Position numbers and translations under genes: made by a program | NCBI GenBank assembly: GCA_964187785.1 | Contig: OZ076409.1 | Coordinates: 13,394,001-13,458,000 of the forward strand | Origin: Amphiscolops sp. MND2022 | Lineage: Eukaryota | DNA length: 64,000 nt | Direction: 5' to 3' | The notes under the pieces: model-generated | Database searches by the model: none | What the model was told of the DNA's origin: nothing | The model's input: the letters and a program-made list of their open reading frames with translations, nothing else | Shown: positions 48,901 to 62,563 of the stretch, in pieces | Position numbering within the stretch: the stretch's first letter is position 1 | How the letters are laid out: each line of letters opens with the position of its first letter

Positions 48901-51400
48901 TTTTGAGTTATTTCTGGAGTTGAATCGTTTTTTTTTCGGGAGCTTCGGTAAAAGTTTTGCCATACGTTGTATGGCACTGAGAAACTATTCAAGTTCTTTT
49001 GTAATTTCCGGTAGTTTCAATTTCGGTATAGCTTCCAATTTTCTTCATTTGGTTTTCTCCTGTTCTCATCTCTTTCGTGTCCCAACCATTTCTCGAATTC
49101 ATTTTCGATCCGCGGGTGACGACAATATCGTGTCTAGTTGAGCTGGTGTGCAATATCCGAGTGTTCAGTCAGAGTGTTCTCGAAAGATTGTGGGGTATAT
49201 CGTGAAATCCGTAAAATAGCCGTTAGAAGAACCTATCGAATTTGCTAAATTAGCCTCCTGATAGTGCAAATACGCATTGTCGGCTTGTATTTTTGGATAT
49301 TTCTCTCGCTATGCGTAGTGTAGATCTTTTGTTTCGGAAACAAGTTGTGCCGTTCTGTCTCGCAGAGTTTAAAATCAATAATTTTTTCGTGTTTGGCATA
49401 TGGGGTCTATCTTTTATGCAACTGTCACTTTTGTTCGAGTACAATTTTCACCGAATTTATCACTTTTACCGTTGATTACTCCCTGTGGGGCAAAACATTC
49501 TTCATCGACTGAATTCACTTTCTCCAGATGTCCGGTTTTTGTTAGCTTCTCTAGCTCTCTTCCCACATTTTGTCGATGTAACAGTAACGGTCGGCCTTTT
49601 TGCAACATAGTTTCAACTTCTTTCGGGAATTAGTAATTCCATCGTTTGTTGAATGTTTCCGTATTTCACCTTTGCTGGAATTTTTCCTCGGAATTTTACC
49701 TGGTCCATTCTTTTCACGGTCTCTGTTTGTTCGTTTCTGTATTTCTGTTTACTTCAGTATCCATTCAGCGGGCGGCAAAATTGTCATTGGTGACCCGATA
49801 CTTATTAAAAAGTGTACCACTGCTCCGTTAATTTTCACTGTTGCGGTGTAACGTTTAATCTTTTCTACGATTGTTTTTTTTATGTGGTGTATGCTTCAGC
49901 CTGATTCCTTGGTTTGTCCGTCTCTTGTGATTCATCTTCGGTTAGTTTTTCACTGCTCTGTTGTTGTTTAATCTTTCTCTACACGCTTTGGCCAAGTGAC
50001 TTTTTTCCGCAATTGTTGCAATTCGCCTCTCGTGCAGGGAGTTTTAGTGTCGATGACCATTTTGGAGAATTGCAGAATTTACAGGATCGGTTCACCTGTT
50101 TTGTTTTTCGATCTCGTTCCGAACCTTTGCATTCTGTGTATCGGTTCTTTCATTGTTGGTTCTTAGTCGGCGCCTTTTCCCTTGAGGAAAAAGCCCGACT
50201 ATTACAGTGCGTACTTTTTTGCAGCCTACAATCACTCTGAATCGTCCACTTTTCTTACAATTTTCATGAGTCATGAATTCTTGCTTGCGAAGTACTTCCA
50301 CTTTTTCAAGATCTGGCGAAGTGTTTTTACATTATCTAAGAAACTCAACGTGGCCAAAGGGTTCTCCCTTAGAGCATTTTCGTCTCTGAGAGACTTTTTT
50401 GGAAAAAAAACTCACCAAATTTTTTGATATTTTCCGACCGATGGGATGTTGAAAACTTTCAAAGGGCCCCCCTTTTCAATTTTTTGACATTGTGAGACTT
50501 CGCTTTCAGTTTATTGTTCATTGAAGTGTCCCTAATTCACCAATATTTGACATTTTGAAGTCGTTTTGCTATTTTTGAGCCCTAGATATGGCGTCAAATT
50601 CTGCCGTTCCCGGCCCTCTTCTTTTGCTCGAATCGAATCAGTGCTCCGGTGTTGTGTTCTTTCTGTTCTTTTTCTTATAGGTGTTCTGTATATTTAGTTT
50701 AAGTTTCTTCAATCCTAGTGTCTTTTCGTCCATCATTTCGTACCTAAATTTTTTGATTATCGCGATCAAGTGTTTGGAAATCAATAATTCTTCGGCTCGA
50801 ATAGCGTTGAAGTTGCACTTTTTTATCTCTATCAGTCATCTCCAGAATTCTTTGGGTGTTTCCTCTCCCAATTGTTTTGCCCGAACGAAATTTCCTCCAT
50901 TGTGGTATGTATTGCGTTTCGAGAGATAAAACTTGGTGAATGATCGGATTAGATCTTTTATTTTTCTACTGTCCGGTTCCGTTTCGTATTCAGCTCGGGT
51001 AATTCGATAGAGCGCTTCCAGTTCTACTCCCCAGATGTTTTATTGTCTTCCTGCGTCAGTTCTTCTTTCCCCGTCCATCCGGGTTCTGCGTTGTCTTCTT
51101 CTTCTATTAACTGTGTAGTTTTTACTTCTTACTCTCGTTTCGTAAATTGTGGGAATTTTTCCAACCACTGTCTCGGTGTAAGTAGTGGATTCCTGTCTGA
51201 ACCCTTCGCTTCTATATTCGGTACAGTGTTTTCTCTGCCATTGTTCCAATGTTTTCAAGAAGTTTCATTTTGTTGAAAAATTGACAGACTGCGCTATGTT
51301 TTTTTGGATTGTTTTCTAGGCTAAGAACAGAGATTGGATTAAAAGAGAGTTTCTCAAAATAGTTTGAATGAAGGTTTCTTTTTGAGTTTGTTTAACAACA
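46000..51400 (-). mobile_element. Decayed Ty3/gypsy gag-pol
   Basis: Gag knuckle remnant CKFCNSPKW...CNNCGK (~50000-50090), protease-like IGSPMTILP (~49775-49800), RT ELEKLTKTGHLEKV...ECF and RPHMPN, RNase H FTDYLNR; many disruptions; family-A insert at ~50160-50620. Confidence 0.7.
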
Positions 51401-51706
51401 ACTCTTAGTCTCCTAGACTCTGCAGGAACCGAAACTCGGTAGAGGTCAGGAACCGGATTGAACCGTATAACAAGTGTCATTTTCTTTATCAATTTTTTCC
51501 GTATACCTGTTTTCTTGTTGGGTGAAAAGTTCTTTTTTAGAGATAAGAATGGTATGAAAAAATAAAAGGAAACCGGAATAAGATCTAAATTTGTTGAGGT
51601 TTTTCATAAATTGACTAACATATGATGAATGTTTTCCTTTAGACGTTATTCCTACCTCTATTGTAGAACAGTCAAACCAACATGGATTAGTGCATTCGGT
51701 AAAATA

Positions 51707-52337
51707 AACAAGACGGGAACGTCTAAAGTCGGCGCTATATCTAAGGCTCAAAAAGCGCAAAACATTTTTTTTGGAAAAAAATTGAAATTTTCGAAAAAAT
51801 GTTTCTTTCAAAAATGTCGCACAGTGACGAAAAATGTAAAAGAGGGGACCCTTTTGGATTTCCAAACATGCATTCTGTTGCAAAATAACAAAAAACTCAA
51901 AGGGGGGACCCTTTGGGGACATTAAAAAATTTTCGAAAAAAAGTCGCACAGTGCCGAAAAAAATCAAAAGGGGGGACCCTTTAGCCTCGGTCGGTTTTGT
52001 AGGTTACGTTAAAAAAGTAAAAAATGAAAGGGGGGACCCTTTGGAGACAAAAGAAATTTCGAAAAAAAAGTCGCACAGTGCCGAAAAAAAACGAAAAAAT
52101 ATTCGAAAGGGGGGACCCTTTGGGCACGTCCGGTTTTGTATGTTTCCTTGAAAAAGTAAAAAATAAAGGGGGGACCCTTTGGAGTAAAGTTTGCCTTGGG
52201 CGGACTTGGCCTCAGGTGCTCTGCGCAGAATTGTAAAAAGTGGACCGATCAGTGTGAGGATTGTAGTCTGAAGAAAAAAAAAGGTCACTGCTATAGTCGG
52301 GCATTTTTCCTTAAAAGGAAAACGCGCCAACTAAAAA
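51707..52337 (-). mobile_element. Family-A Helentron-like element
   Basis: Same termini as 5059-5684. Confidence 0.75.
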
Positions 52338-53013
52338 GGCCTAATGACTTTTGTTGGCGTATTAAATTGCTTCCAATAAAAAACGTCTGCTCGAATTTCA
52401 TATGTAGGGTGTAAGATGATGTAAACGTTTTTTCCAATGAGCACTGCCAATTGATGTTTGTTGAATGTCTGGATACATTTTGACGTCAGTGATTAAAGAA
52501 AGTTTTTCATATAAAATTTGAGTCAAAAACGCGCTTTTGACCATAAGGGCTGCTTTTCTAAAGCACAAACTTAATGCAGTTATATTGCAAGCAACTGTAA
52601 TGAGAGCTCGGAGGCTCAAATGAGGCAGTCAGAATGAATCAGTGTTTCACGAAAAGTTAGAAAGCAAAGTGAATCTACCAGAACTGTTGACAAACAACAG
52701 AATTTTTTGCTAGACTCAACCTATTTATAAATAGTCTCTGCGTTGAAACTTTATAGTTGATTGAAGAGGAGAGATCAGTTACTAACCCCCCCCCCCCAAT
52801 TAAAACAATTATACAAAACTGAAAGATTTCTTTGAGCAAAAGGCTCTGTGACGTTTCAGTGTTCATTGTATTATTGTAAGGATACGATGTCTTTTCAAAC
52901 AGCAGCTCCATTGATAACTGACCCCAACATTGGGATTTTCGGACTATAATAAAATTGCAGGGAAAAGGATGTTCGATATTTTCGCATGTATCAGACCCGG
53001 TTGGCATGTTTTA

Positions 53014-53477
53014 AACAACCCGGGAACGGCATAAGTCGGCGCCATATCTAATGCTTAAAAATAGCCAGAGGAATTCAATGTGTCAAGTATTCATTTACAG
53101 TACCTGAAAAACCCAAAAGTTGGACCGAATTGGCCCCCCGCTGGCGCGCTAAAAGGGGGTACCCTTTTGGAATTTTTTAACACCCATTGTCAATTGAAAA
53201 ATTCAATGGATCCTTTGGGGAAAAATCTTTGCCACAAACTGAATGCTCACAATGCCAAAAAACTGAAAAGGGGGACCCTTTAGTCTCCCCCGGTACTGTA
53301 TGTTACACCGAAAAAAGGAGAGGCCATTTTGGTTCAGTTCGCCAGGGCAAATGGTTCATTTTGACACTCAAATGTTTCGTAGAAATTTGTGAAACTATTT
53401 TGTTCAGTTCCTGTGGATTGAAAGAAAAAGAGTCACTATAACAGTCGCGCTTTACTACATTAAATGCCGACTCAAAA
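53014..53477 (-). mobile_element. Family-A-related Helentron-like element
   Basis: aacaacccgggaacggcataagtcggcgcc ... atgccgactcaaaa. Confidence 0.6.
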
Positions 53478-53888
53478 TGTTTCAGAACAGGATGGTAACA
53501 AACTGTTTTGCATATGCGAAAAAAAACTGCGTCGCAACAGATGCTTGCCCTCATCTTGCGATGTAGTTTGACAAACTTTACGCCGCCCTGATCCGTTGTT
53601 TAGTACTGTGGACAGTTACTAAACAGTCTTAGTTTTCGTGGTTTAGAGGACTGTATCTTTACGCGCTCCGACTCTCCAACTATGAGAGTAGCTACTTGTT
53701 CGCTCTGACTCCTTAGCGAAAAGTTGTAAAGATATGAGAAGTTAATTCGTCTCGTGGTCCTGAGACCCAACTTGACTATAGCTATCCAGTAGTTAAAATC
53801 GCTTAACAATATTGGTTTATATCTGCTTTACCATTCTTCAGTATTTATAAGTGAAATTATGTGGTATAAATAAGTGACATTTAAAGTT

Positions 53889-54529
53889 AACAAGCCAGGA
53901 CCGGCCCAAGTCGGCGCCATATCCAAGGCTCAAAAATAGAAAAAAGACTTCCAAGTGTCAAGTATTCTCTTTTACTCGAAAATCGAAAATTTTACGAAAA
54001 AATTACATACTCAAAAAATGGACCGAGTGGCGCGCCGGGGCCCGCTAGCGCGAGCCACTGGCGCGCTGAAAGGGGGACACTTCCGAAATTGTCAACATTT
54101 TTGTCCCAGTTGAAGGGGCTTTGTCGCAAAACATCAAAAAAATTGAAGCGGGGAAAAATTTTTTTTCGGAAAAATATCTCACAGTGCCGAAAAAAACCCA
54201 AAGGGGGACCCTTTGGGGTTTTCCAACATCCATTCTGTCGCAAAACAACAAAAAAAGGGGGGACCCTTTGGGGGAAAAAATTCCGGAAAAAAATTCTCGC
54301 AGTGCCGAAAAAAATTGGAAGGGTGGACCCTTTGGTCTCCCCGGGTACGGTATGGTACGCGGGAAAACAGGAAAAACCTTTTTGGTTCAGGTCGCTAGAC
54401 CAAATAGTGCAATTTGGTGCAATAATATTTTGTAGAACTTTTAGGAACTTTTTTGGTCAGTTCGTGTGGATTGAAAAAAAAGAAAAGCACTATAATAGTC
54501 GTCTCACTTCATGAAGCACCGATTAAAAA
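53889..54529 (-). mobile_element. Family-A-related Helentron-like element
   Basis: aacaagccaggaccggcccaagtcggcgcc ... gcaccgattaaaaa; internal ggggaccctttg repeats. Confidence 0.65.
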
Positions 54530-55973
54530 TGAAATGTATGGGTCATGTATACAAATTATGGGTGGCAACATCATGTTTGTCATGTGATCTTAAAAGCATG
54601 TTTACACAATGTAGATATCACCCACTTCAACAGAGTTACATTCTGAAGAGGTCATTTGGGTAAATTTTAATGTTTAGATTTCGGCCTAATGACCTTGAGC
54701 ACCACACATGTGAGGAGTAAAGTGAGTTATGTTAGGTGAATAACCTTGAAACTAGGCCGGGGTTGGTTTTAGGTACCTGCATATGTGTGCCAAGTTTCAA
54801 GTCTCTATAATTATTAGTTGTCGAAGAAACCCAATTGGCGTGGTTCGATTTGTCACACTTGATATTTCTACAAAATTTTTTCTGAGTTTCAAGAGTTCAA
54901 ATTCTTGTTTTTCATCCATCGTGCTCCAAATCAACTTTTTTTCGTTCAGTGAAGTGGCGCCAAAACGGGTAAAATGTTTTTAAACATTATGAACTCTTGT
55001 CAATTTCAATATTAACAGATATTCATGAGTGAATTTACATAAGAGAATAAGAAAATAGGGCGCAGCCGAATGAATTGCGATCCATGCGGTGCCATCTAGC
55101 GGTCATTCAATTCCACGCATTGTTGCTACCGATGCGTTTATATTTATGTGCCTATTATTTCCGCGTTTTAGCTTTTGTTTTTTCAATATTACTCTGAAAG
55201 TTTCGTACTTTTTTGACCTTTTTCATGTAGATTTGCGTCGGAAAATAAAGAACTTAAAAAACATAAAAACCACGAGAAAACAGTGTTTTTTAAAAAAAAA
55301 CATGTTTGTTTTTTTTCAAAAAAAAACGTTTCTTATGCCAAACCTGATTAGACCAGACTTGTTTAAAATCTAGTTTATTTTTTCCAAAAAAATCTGTTTT
55401 TCTCATGCATGATATAAATAATACACAAATTAGACTTTGGTTTTTGTCCGACAATCAGGATATGGTTTATGGCTTCCACGGAAACCATTCTTCACGTTTG
55501 TTTTTTTAATACCTATTCATGTTCGTTTTACATTTCAAATCAAGACAAGCCGATTACGTCTGAGCAGAGTTTATAAAACAAATTTGCTATTTTTAATCTT
55601 TTTTATATTCACGTTCATTCTACATTTCAAGTCAAGCGAAACTGATTACGTCTGAGCCGCGTCTATAAAACAGTTTTGTCATTTCATAATCCTTTTTTCA
55701 TAATCAAATGTAAAATTTTCCAGAAAAAATAGTTTGATAGCATACATCCTAATGAAGATATGAAGATATTTAGGCTGAGAAAGAGACTTAAGATAGTCTA
55801 AAAACAGCAGAAACGTTTTTACTTCAAGGTCTTGCCTTTCTGCGGAAAAAAAGAAATTGGATCGTTTCTCGTTTGGAAATGTTTGGTTTGTCAGTTTGGC
55901 AGCAGAGGATAATTGTCGCGCAAATTAGTTGACACCAAGGGGTTCCAGTTTCCAGGTTTGAAACCTAAAACTA

Positions 55974-56433
55974 AACAAGACGGGAACCTCTCAAGTCTGC
56001 GCTACGCTTAAAGCTCAAAATGCGTCAAGTTTCAAGAATGTAATACGCTTTTTTATGAAAAACTCACGAAAACGTGTCGAAAATAGAGAAGAATTTTTAA
56101 AAAGTCTCATAGTGCCTAAAAACGTAAAAGGGTCACCATTTAGGTTTTCTTAACGTCCAATTTGTTGCAAAATTTCAAAAAAATTGAAGAGGAACCTTTG
56201 ATTCAATAACATGAAATGACAGTGCCAAAAAAGTGGAAAAGGGGACACTTCTGCTGTGGAATGGTTTTTCAATTCATTTTAGAGGCTTTCGACGGGTTCA
56301 AAATTAAATTAGGTATTAGTATTTATCGTAAAAGTGCACCGTGCAAAACAAGTAGGCCATTCAGAGTGAGACTTACAAAACTAGTCACTGTAATAGTCGG
56401 GCTATCCTTAATCGAAATTGCTGACTAAAAAAA
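55974..56433 (-). mobile_element. Diverged family-A Helentron-like element
   Basis: aacaagacgggaacc ... cactgtaatagtcgggc...gctgactaaaaaaa. Confidence 0.6.
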
Positions 56434-57945
56434 GGTCCATGGCACTGCGAAACTTTTTGTATTTCCATGTAAAACACCTTAAGAAAAAAAGACACGTTCA
56501 AGTCAGAATTGTTTGACACGAAATCATTGAAATACGTTTTTCCAGGAAAGTCTATGAAACTTAGTTCATGTTAGTCTGCATAAGGAGTTCAAAAGTGACA
56601 ACTTGAAAAAATTATTTTCCCTGATTTCGTTTTTGCAAGATTTGATATATTAACGTGGACTTTGCCTGTGTGTTGTAATAGACAACGAAAATAATAATGT
56701 TCGCATGGGAAATAACAAAAAGTTCCACTCTGCACGGAGTGGAAACCCACACTCTTCCCGTCAATACTTGTGACCAACCAGATATAAGACTTTTGAAAAT
56801 TCCGATACAGCGTAATTAGTTTTTAACGCTTTTTTTTCGTCGAAAAAGGTAAGATGTTGGGAAACGGTAGACCTATAGTTCAATTTGGAAAGGATAGTTG
56901 TGCGAAAGTGGTAAAATCGTGAATGTAAACATCCCGCGCTGAGAGGTGAATGTAAAAAAGTTGCAATTTGGAGGTCTGAAGATACTGTTGTACCTCTAAG
57001 CTGGCTCAACCAAAAAAAGGTTGTTTTGGTGCGTAGCTAATTTCACTAGAAGGTAACATTTATAGTTTTCCAATTTTTTTCTGCTCACGTTCATCAGTTG
57101 AGAAACCAGATTGTGCTGATTCAATTCAGTTATTCATCTATATCTATCTTAGGTTATTGACGATAGACATAAACTCCAGTCGAGTACGTTCAATAAATAC
57201 AACTCAGCCAGTTACTTTACGCTCAACTCAATCTTGTGGCAACAGCAACTTCAACAAAATCTTGGAAATGTCAATTAAACCATAACCGTGCTTCAAAATC
57301 CCGGAGCTAGCGACGACAAAATCTTGAGAAGTATCTTGTCTCCGCGAGACTTATTTGATCCTAGCTCCCCAACACCATTCGCATGTTCCCTACACGTCAG
57401 GAGTCGTCTTCCGTCAGTATGTAGGCCGTGCGGTGCGCCGCGAATAATATCTCCTAAATGAAATTCATTAAGAATGAATTGAATTGCAATTGCGCAAAGG
57501 AGGCTCTTTGACGTGTTTCACCGTACCGCACACTTTCAAGATGTTCAGGAATCCTCCCCTGGAATGACTGTGAAGCCCACCTGTGACCTCGAAGCTCCTT
57601 CTTGTCATCTAACCTTCCTATATGCAGGGTTGTATGCTCCTAGAGTTAATGCTTTCCTTGTTAACTTGTTTTCGTACGGTTTCTTTACTTGAAGGGGTTA
57701 TCCCTGTTTGGGTTACAAAGGAAATTTCTATCGCACAAGCCAACGACCACATTCGGTATGGCGGTTCCTTGAGACATTCCAACTCCAGGCCATATGGATC
57801 TTTTCTGCGGAGCACCGTGTCCGGCCCGGTTTTTACATTAATCAGGCAAAACTCCTCGCGCAATGGACTGATTAATGTAGTTTTCACGTAGAACACTCAG
57901 TGTTGGTAGGTAAGTATCTTGGACAATTTTCAATCTCGCAAGATC

Positions 57946-58246
57946 AACTGGTGGAAATTTACACAATTTTCTTACGTTTTTGAAGGTTTACGCAAATGAC
58001 CTAATAGTTTTGGGCTATCAATTCCATGTATAATCGTTTTACATGGAAGTGATAGCCCAGAGACTATTAGGCCATTTGCGTACACCTTCAAAACCTTTAA
58101 AAAATTGTTTGAATCTCCACCAGTTCGTTCAAAATTCAAACCACGTCGAGACTTCCAGCCCCAGGTTATACCAACCAGCGCGTCGACAACGCTTGAAATG
58201 TTTCATATGATATGAAGGCTGGAAGTCCCGACATGGTTTGAATTTT
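57946..58246. repeat. Two adjacent foldback inverted repeats (57946-58124; 58131-58246)
   Basis: First: ~85-bp imperfect arms around a ~9-nt loop; second: ~30-bp arms aaaattcaaaccacgtcgagacttccagcc / ggctggaagtcccgacatggtttgaatttt. Confidence 0.8.
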
Positions 58247-60119
58247 CTAAACAGGCCTATGTCCATGGCCTATATTTAGAGTGGTGAGAAGTATCGTCTA
58301 CTGAGTACACACCAGGTTTACCAAAAGTACGATGGCACATTATTTTCAGTCTCTTCAGCCACTTTTTCTAATTCGGCGAAGCTAGAATCCTGATTACAAT
58401 CGTTCTGTCCTTAGTCTGGACTTCGCGCAAAATCATGAGCTTTTTTTGAAAAATTCAAAAAATCCAAGTATCCGACAGTAAAAAAAGTGTCAAGTATTGC
58501 GGCAAAAAAATCGAATGATTTTATTCAGCTTGATTAGGTTCATCTGAAAGCCTCAAATCAAATGAACTGAAGACACTTTCGTGGTATGCTTTTTTCATAG
58601 AAGTTGCTCATTCCCGAAGTTACGTAAATGGATATTTTTTGTCTTGAAAAACGCATTTTGTAACTGAAAACATGAAAATGGGACTCCCAGTAAAAATTTT
58701 CATCGGAAAAAAGTTGTGCAGTGCCGCGAAAAACCTAAGAGGGACTTTTCAGTATATTATTCACTGTTAAATGTTAGCCCTAAATTTTGAAAAAAACGGA
58801 TGATTAATCAGAATAAGAAATCGTTCGAGCCCCTGGGTAAACTATAGTTCCTTGGCCAAATTAAAAATTGGATCAGACGTTCTTCCCAAATAGAACTGAA
58901 GCACAACAAGACGGCCAGCTTTACGCTCAAAAAGCTCAAAGTCTCAGTAAAACGGTTTTCGATGGGTGGTTTTTTTGGAAATTTTCACAACGTTCAGAGT
59001 GGTAATAATGTCCTAATAATGAATGAAATCTTAGCTAAGTTGGTGTCTCGTTTGTAAAGAATATCAGGGAAGCCATCTGTTGTCACCAGTAATGTTTTTA
59101 GTCGGCGGATTTTAGCCGAAATGCTCACGACTATTACAGTGGCAGATTTTTTAATCAGATGACAATCTCACACTGAATGGTCTATTTTACAATCTTCGGC
59201 TGCCACACTCCTGCGGTGGCCGAGGCCCGGCTCACTACAATCGAATTTTTGACGTTACATCCAAAGTAGATCAAAGAGGAGGCCAAAGTTCATATTGCGC
59301 TAATTCCGAAATTTGAAATTATGTCTGAAGTAAATCGTGTTTTACTGAGGATACCGAGATTCGAAAAAAGCGCTTTCCTACTCTACAAATTGTTCTATCT
59401 CTACACGGAATTTGAAACCATATCCTCCTGTTAGCAAACTATGCACTCTGTCAACTGAGCTAAGTAAAAGCTAAAACTCTTTCTTTTTTCAAATAGGCCA
59501 CTTCCGGCTGGAAACATTGTAAAAAAAATCGTGAAGTCTGTCAATTTGAGTAGTTTTTGAAAAGTTACGACTTTTGTCTGCGTTTCATAACGAAAACATC
59601 GAGTTACAAGAGGCTCATTGGTTTAGTAGACTGGTGAGTTTTACACCTTTCTGTCCAATGAAATGACGAGAAATAACTGATAAAGTGAACTATTTGAAAT
59701 ATTCGTACACATATCTAGCAAGTTACATCCGGGTTGTTTGTTGTGTCCGATGTTCATTGAAAACAACTAAACATCAGTTCGAGACATTGTTTTGGGCCAA
59801 TTCGATTTGAAAAAAAACCAAAACATTGCGACTGGTCAGATTCAAAAATATAGTCCTTCTAGCAAAATAAACCAAGATTCATTACCGCATTTTTTGTATT
59901 CACGTTATATCGGTAAGTTTATTGGTTTTGGGTTAACGCAATTTGGAAAGGCACAAAAATTGACATTAATTAATTCCCCTCCCCACCAATTTTCATGGCG
60001 AGACATAAAATCACTCCGATAGTTTTTCATTGTTCCGGATAATGCACATTACTTTTCATAAATACCAGAAAACGGTGTTAGTGAAGTTCGAACCTATACT
60101 TATCTTTTATCGGTATTTT

Positions 60120-60213
60120 TAACCTGAAAGATTATAGCCCATGACATTTTTTGTTTCCAAACTGATCAGTTTGGAAACAAAATAATTGTCATGGGCTGTG
60201 ATCTTTAATGTTT
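60120..60213. repeat. Palindromic foldback element
   Basis: Perfect centre ttttgtttccaaactgatcagtttggaaacaaaa with imperfect outer arms. Confidence 0.85.
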
Positions 60214-60818
60214 AAAAAGACTCTTGGAGATTTGAAAAAAAAAACGAGAGGCACTAATATATTTTTCGTATACTGGTACAGGGTGTTCGGAAAACAACGC
60301 CACTTTCAAAACTCATTTGTTTGAAATTGTGAAAGCTACGGAATATTCACTAAAATTCCTCCACGGACCCGAAAGCATCTCATGAAAAATTGCAAAATGG
60401 TTCCCAAAATAGCATTTTCAAAATTAGCAATCCACGGCTAATAATTTGGATGACTTCAATCAGAAAAATTGAAGTTAGTTCAGTCTGGGAACAAACGAAA
60501 TTTTAAAAACAAATAAGGTCAACCCTAATTTATCTCTGTCAAAACAAAAAAAAAACGGCGAAAACAAACAATTTAGATAGAATTTTTTAAATGAAAATGA
60601 AATCGGTATTACCATTGTTCCAATTGGAAAAATGCAGAAGCTCGACACGGGGTTGTTGGAAAATCCATCGCTGGGGAAATATTCAGTAAGAAAATATTCA
60701 GTAAGTGCACTCGTTGAATATTATCTCACTGAATAGTTCCCCACCGGAAGTGTGAGCACGTGAATGAAAACATCAAATACCCGAACCGCCGCATCTTTGG
60801 TTCAAAAAGTTGGTGAAA

Positions 60819-61552
60819 TGTAACGACAAGCTCTCACCATTGTCGCCGTAACCATAAGAGTAGGAGGAACACATGGCATGGGTATTTGCCCGGGACAGGC
60901 GCCCATGGCCATGAGTCCATTTTGCCTCCTTCGGGTAAGAAATGTCCCGTCAGAGGAGGATTCCGCTTCTTGTGAAGTGCTCGCCGGCCTGATCCAGTCT
61001 GTAATTGCTATCAGTAGTGCGCATTACGCTTTTTCTTCGAAACCAACACTTAGACAGCCTTTAAAAAATGCAAGTGGTGGAAAGGAAAAATCAAATTTTT
61101 TCGAAGTTACACAGGAGATCGAAACGAGTAGCTCACGAGCTGTTACAATAAGAAAATACGAAAATTACTACATGATTAGCACTTTTGAGGCAGCAATTAG
61201 CCGGGGACACAAGCACGGATGCTTGGTCAAGCTAATTGACTCATTTTTGGTAATCACAGCGTCTTGTGACGCTTCGCTGAAGAAAGCACTGGTTAGAACA
61301 AAGTTCAGTCCGTTTTGGCAGAAATTTGAGTCTTTTTCTGACAGCGGCTGTATTTTTCTGCAGTCTTCTTGTTCGGTTGGGGTCTCTCTCGAGTCTTTTG
61401 CTCAAATTCTCTTCAATTCCGTGGGCAGGTACTTGAATAAAGACACGCTGCCGTCTAGCGGAATATGACTCTTTAGTAGAGGAGATATAGTCCCTTGAAC
61501 GAAATTTTCATCGAAATTTTCGAAATCGTGCACTCGATAGGTAATCGCTACA
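60819..61552 (-). mobile_element. Putative 3' LTR (734 bp) of an LTR retrotransposon extending off the right edge
   Basis: TG...CA ends with 7/8 inverted match (tgtaacga / tcgctaca); purine-rich ggggagtgta directly precedes it on the minus strand (61553-61562). Partner LTR not in window. Confidence 0.55.
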
Positions 61553-62563
61553 TACACTCCCCGGGGTCTAGTCTTGACGTCCCCGTCAAGTGTGGGTTGG
61601 CGTCATCGAGTCTGTACCCAGAGTCACCTGTGTCCCACTGAGGAGGTAGAGTGCACATCAAGTAGCGCTGGGCAGTTCATTGGGACATCGTCAAGTTGGC
61701 CTCGTGGAAGTGTTTTTGACCCAGCGTTGCTGCATTTTGATCAAATCAACACCACTTTGTATACAAATCTTATACGGCAAGGTCATTATTTTTTGTAGCC
61801 TGTCGTGAGCAATTCAGGCGTTAAAATTTCTTTTCGGCCATTCAAGAAAAATTTTTTATTTGCCGTTAGTGTTAAAACTTGTTTTAAGGTCAACGACCAT
61901 CACATGACTGTTCGAAACTTATTTTCCGAAGCTCGGGAGCTTCGCACTGCTTGGCGTTTGATAAAAGTTCTTTTGGTAAGCAGTTGCCATAAAATCAATC
62001 AATTAGTACGGTCAATTTAAAATTTCTTTTGCGAGACTTACTCTCGATCCTATCAGGTAGCTCAAGAAAAACAATGGTCGAGGTTCATCAATCTTTTTAT
62101 TCTATCCATTTCTCATCTCTCCCTTTTTGTTTCCTTTTCCTTCATTTTTTCTTTTTGTCTTTTTCGACAATAGCAACAGTGTAAACAATCACTAGTAACT
62201 AAAAGGGTGTAATAGCACCGAAAATTTAGAGCACGGAGTGCGCACAGCGCATCCACATCTAGCATAAGGTAGCATGAAAAAGCACTAACTGCAAACACAA
62301 ATTGCAAGTTGAATATTGCATCTAACTAAGGCAAGGCAAAGACGCAGTTTCATGGTTGGGTTGCCGGTCCCAAAACGGAATAGTAAGGAGGATGAAGCCC
62401 GGGGGCTTCATCTCCACTTGGAGATTTTTACCCATGACCAATTGGCACTTCCATAATCGAAGTTTAGCAACAACAGAGATTGAAACCATGAGATTTCGCA
62501 AAAGTTCATCTAGCGTAAGACTATTGAAGTTAGAAATCGAATGGCGACAATGTTAGGTTTGTT

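Noticed and set aside
52340..53880. Possible additional LINE endonuclease remnant on the minus strand
   Set aside because: Only vague motif traces; too decayed to support a call.
51446..54514. Many short K/F/G-rich ORFs (RGDPL, KGPP)
   Set aside because: Translations of Helentron-like internal repeats, not genes.
60878..61468. 196-aa + strand ORF
   Set aside because: Lies within the putative LTR and has no recognisable motif.
61574..61798. Harbinger-like motifs (WPRGSVFD on +, GDSGY on -)
   Set aside because: The motifs are on opposite strands with no supporting frame; likely chance.
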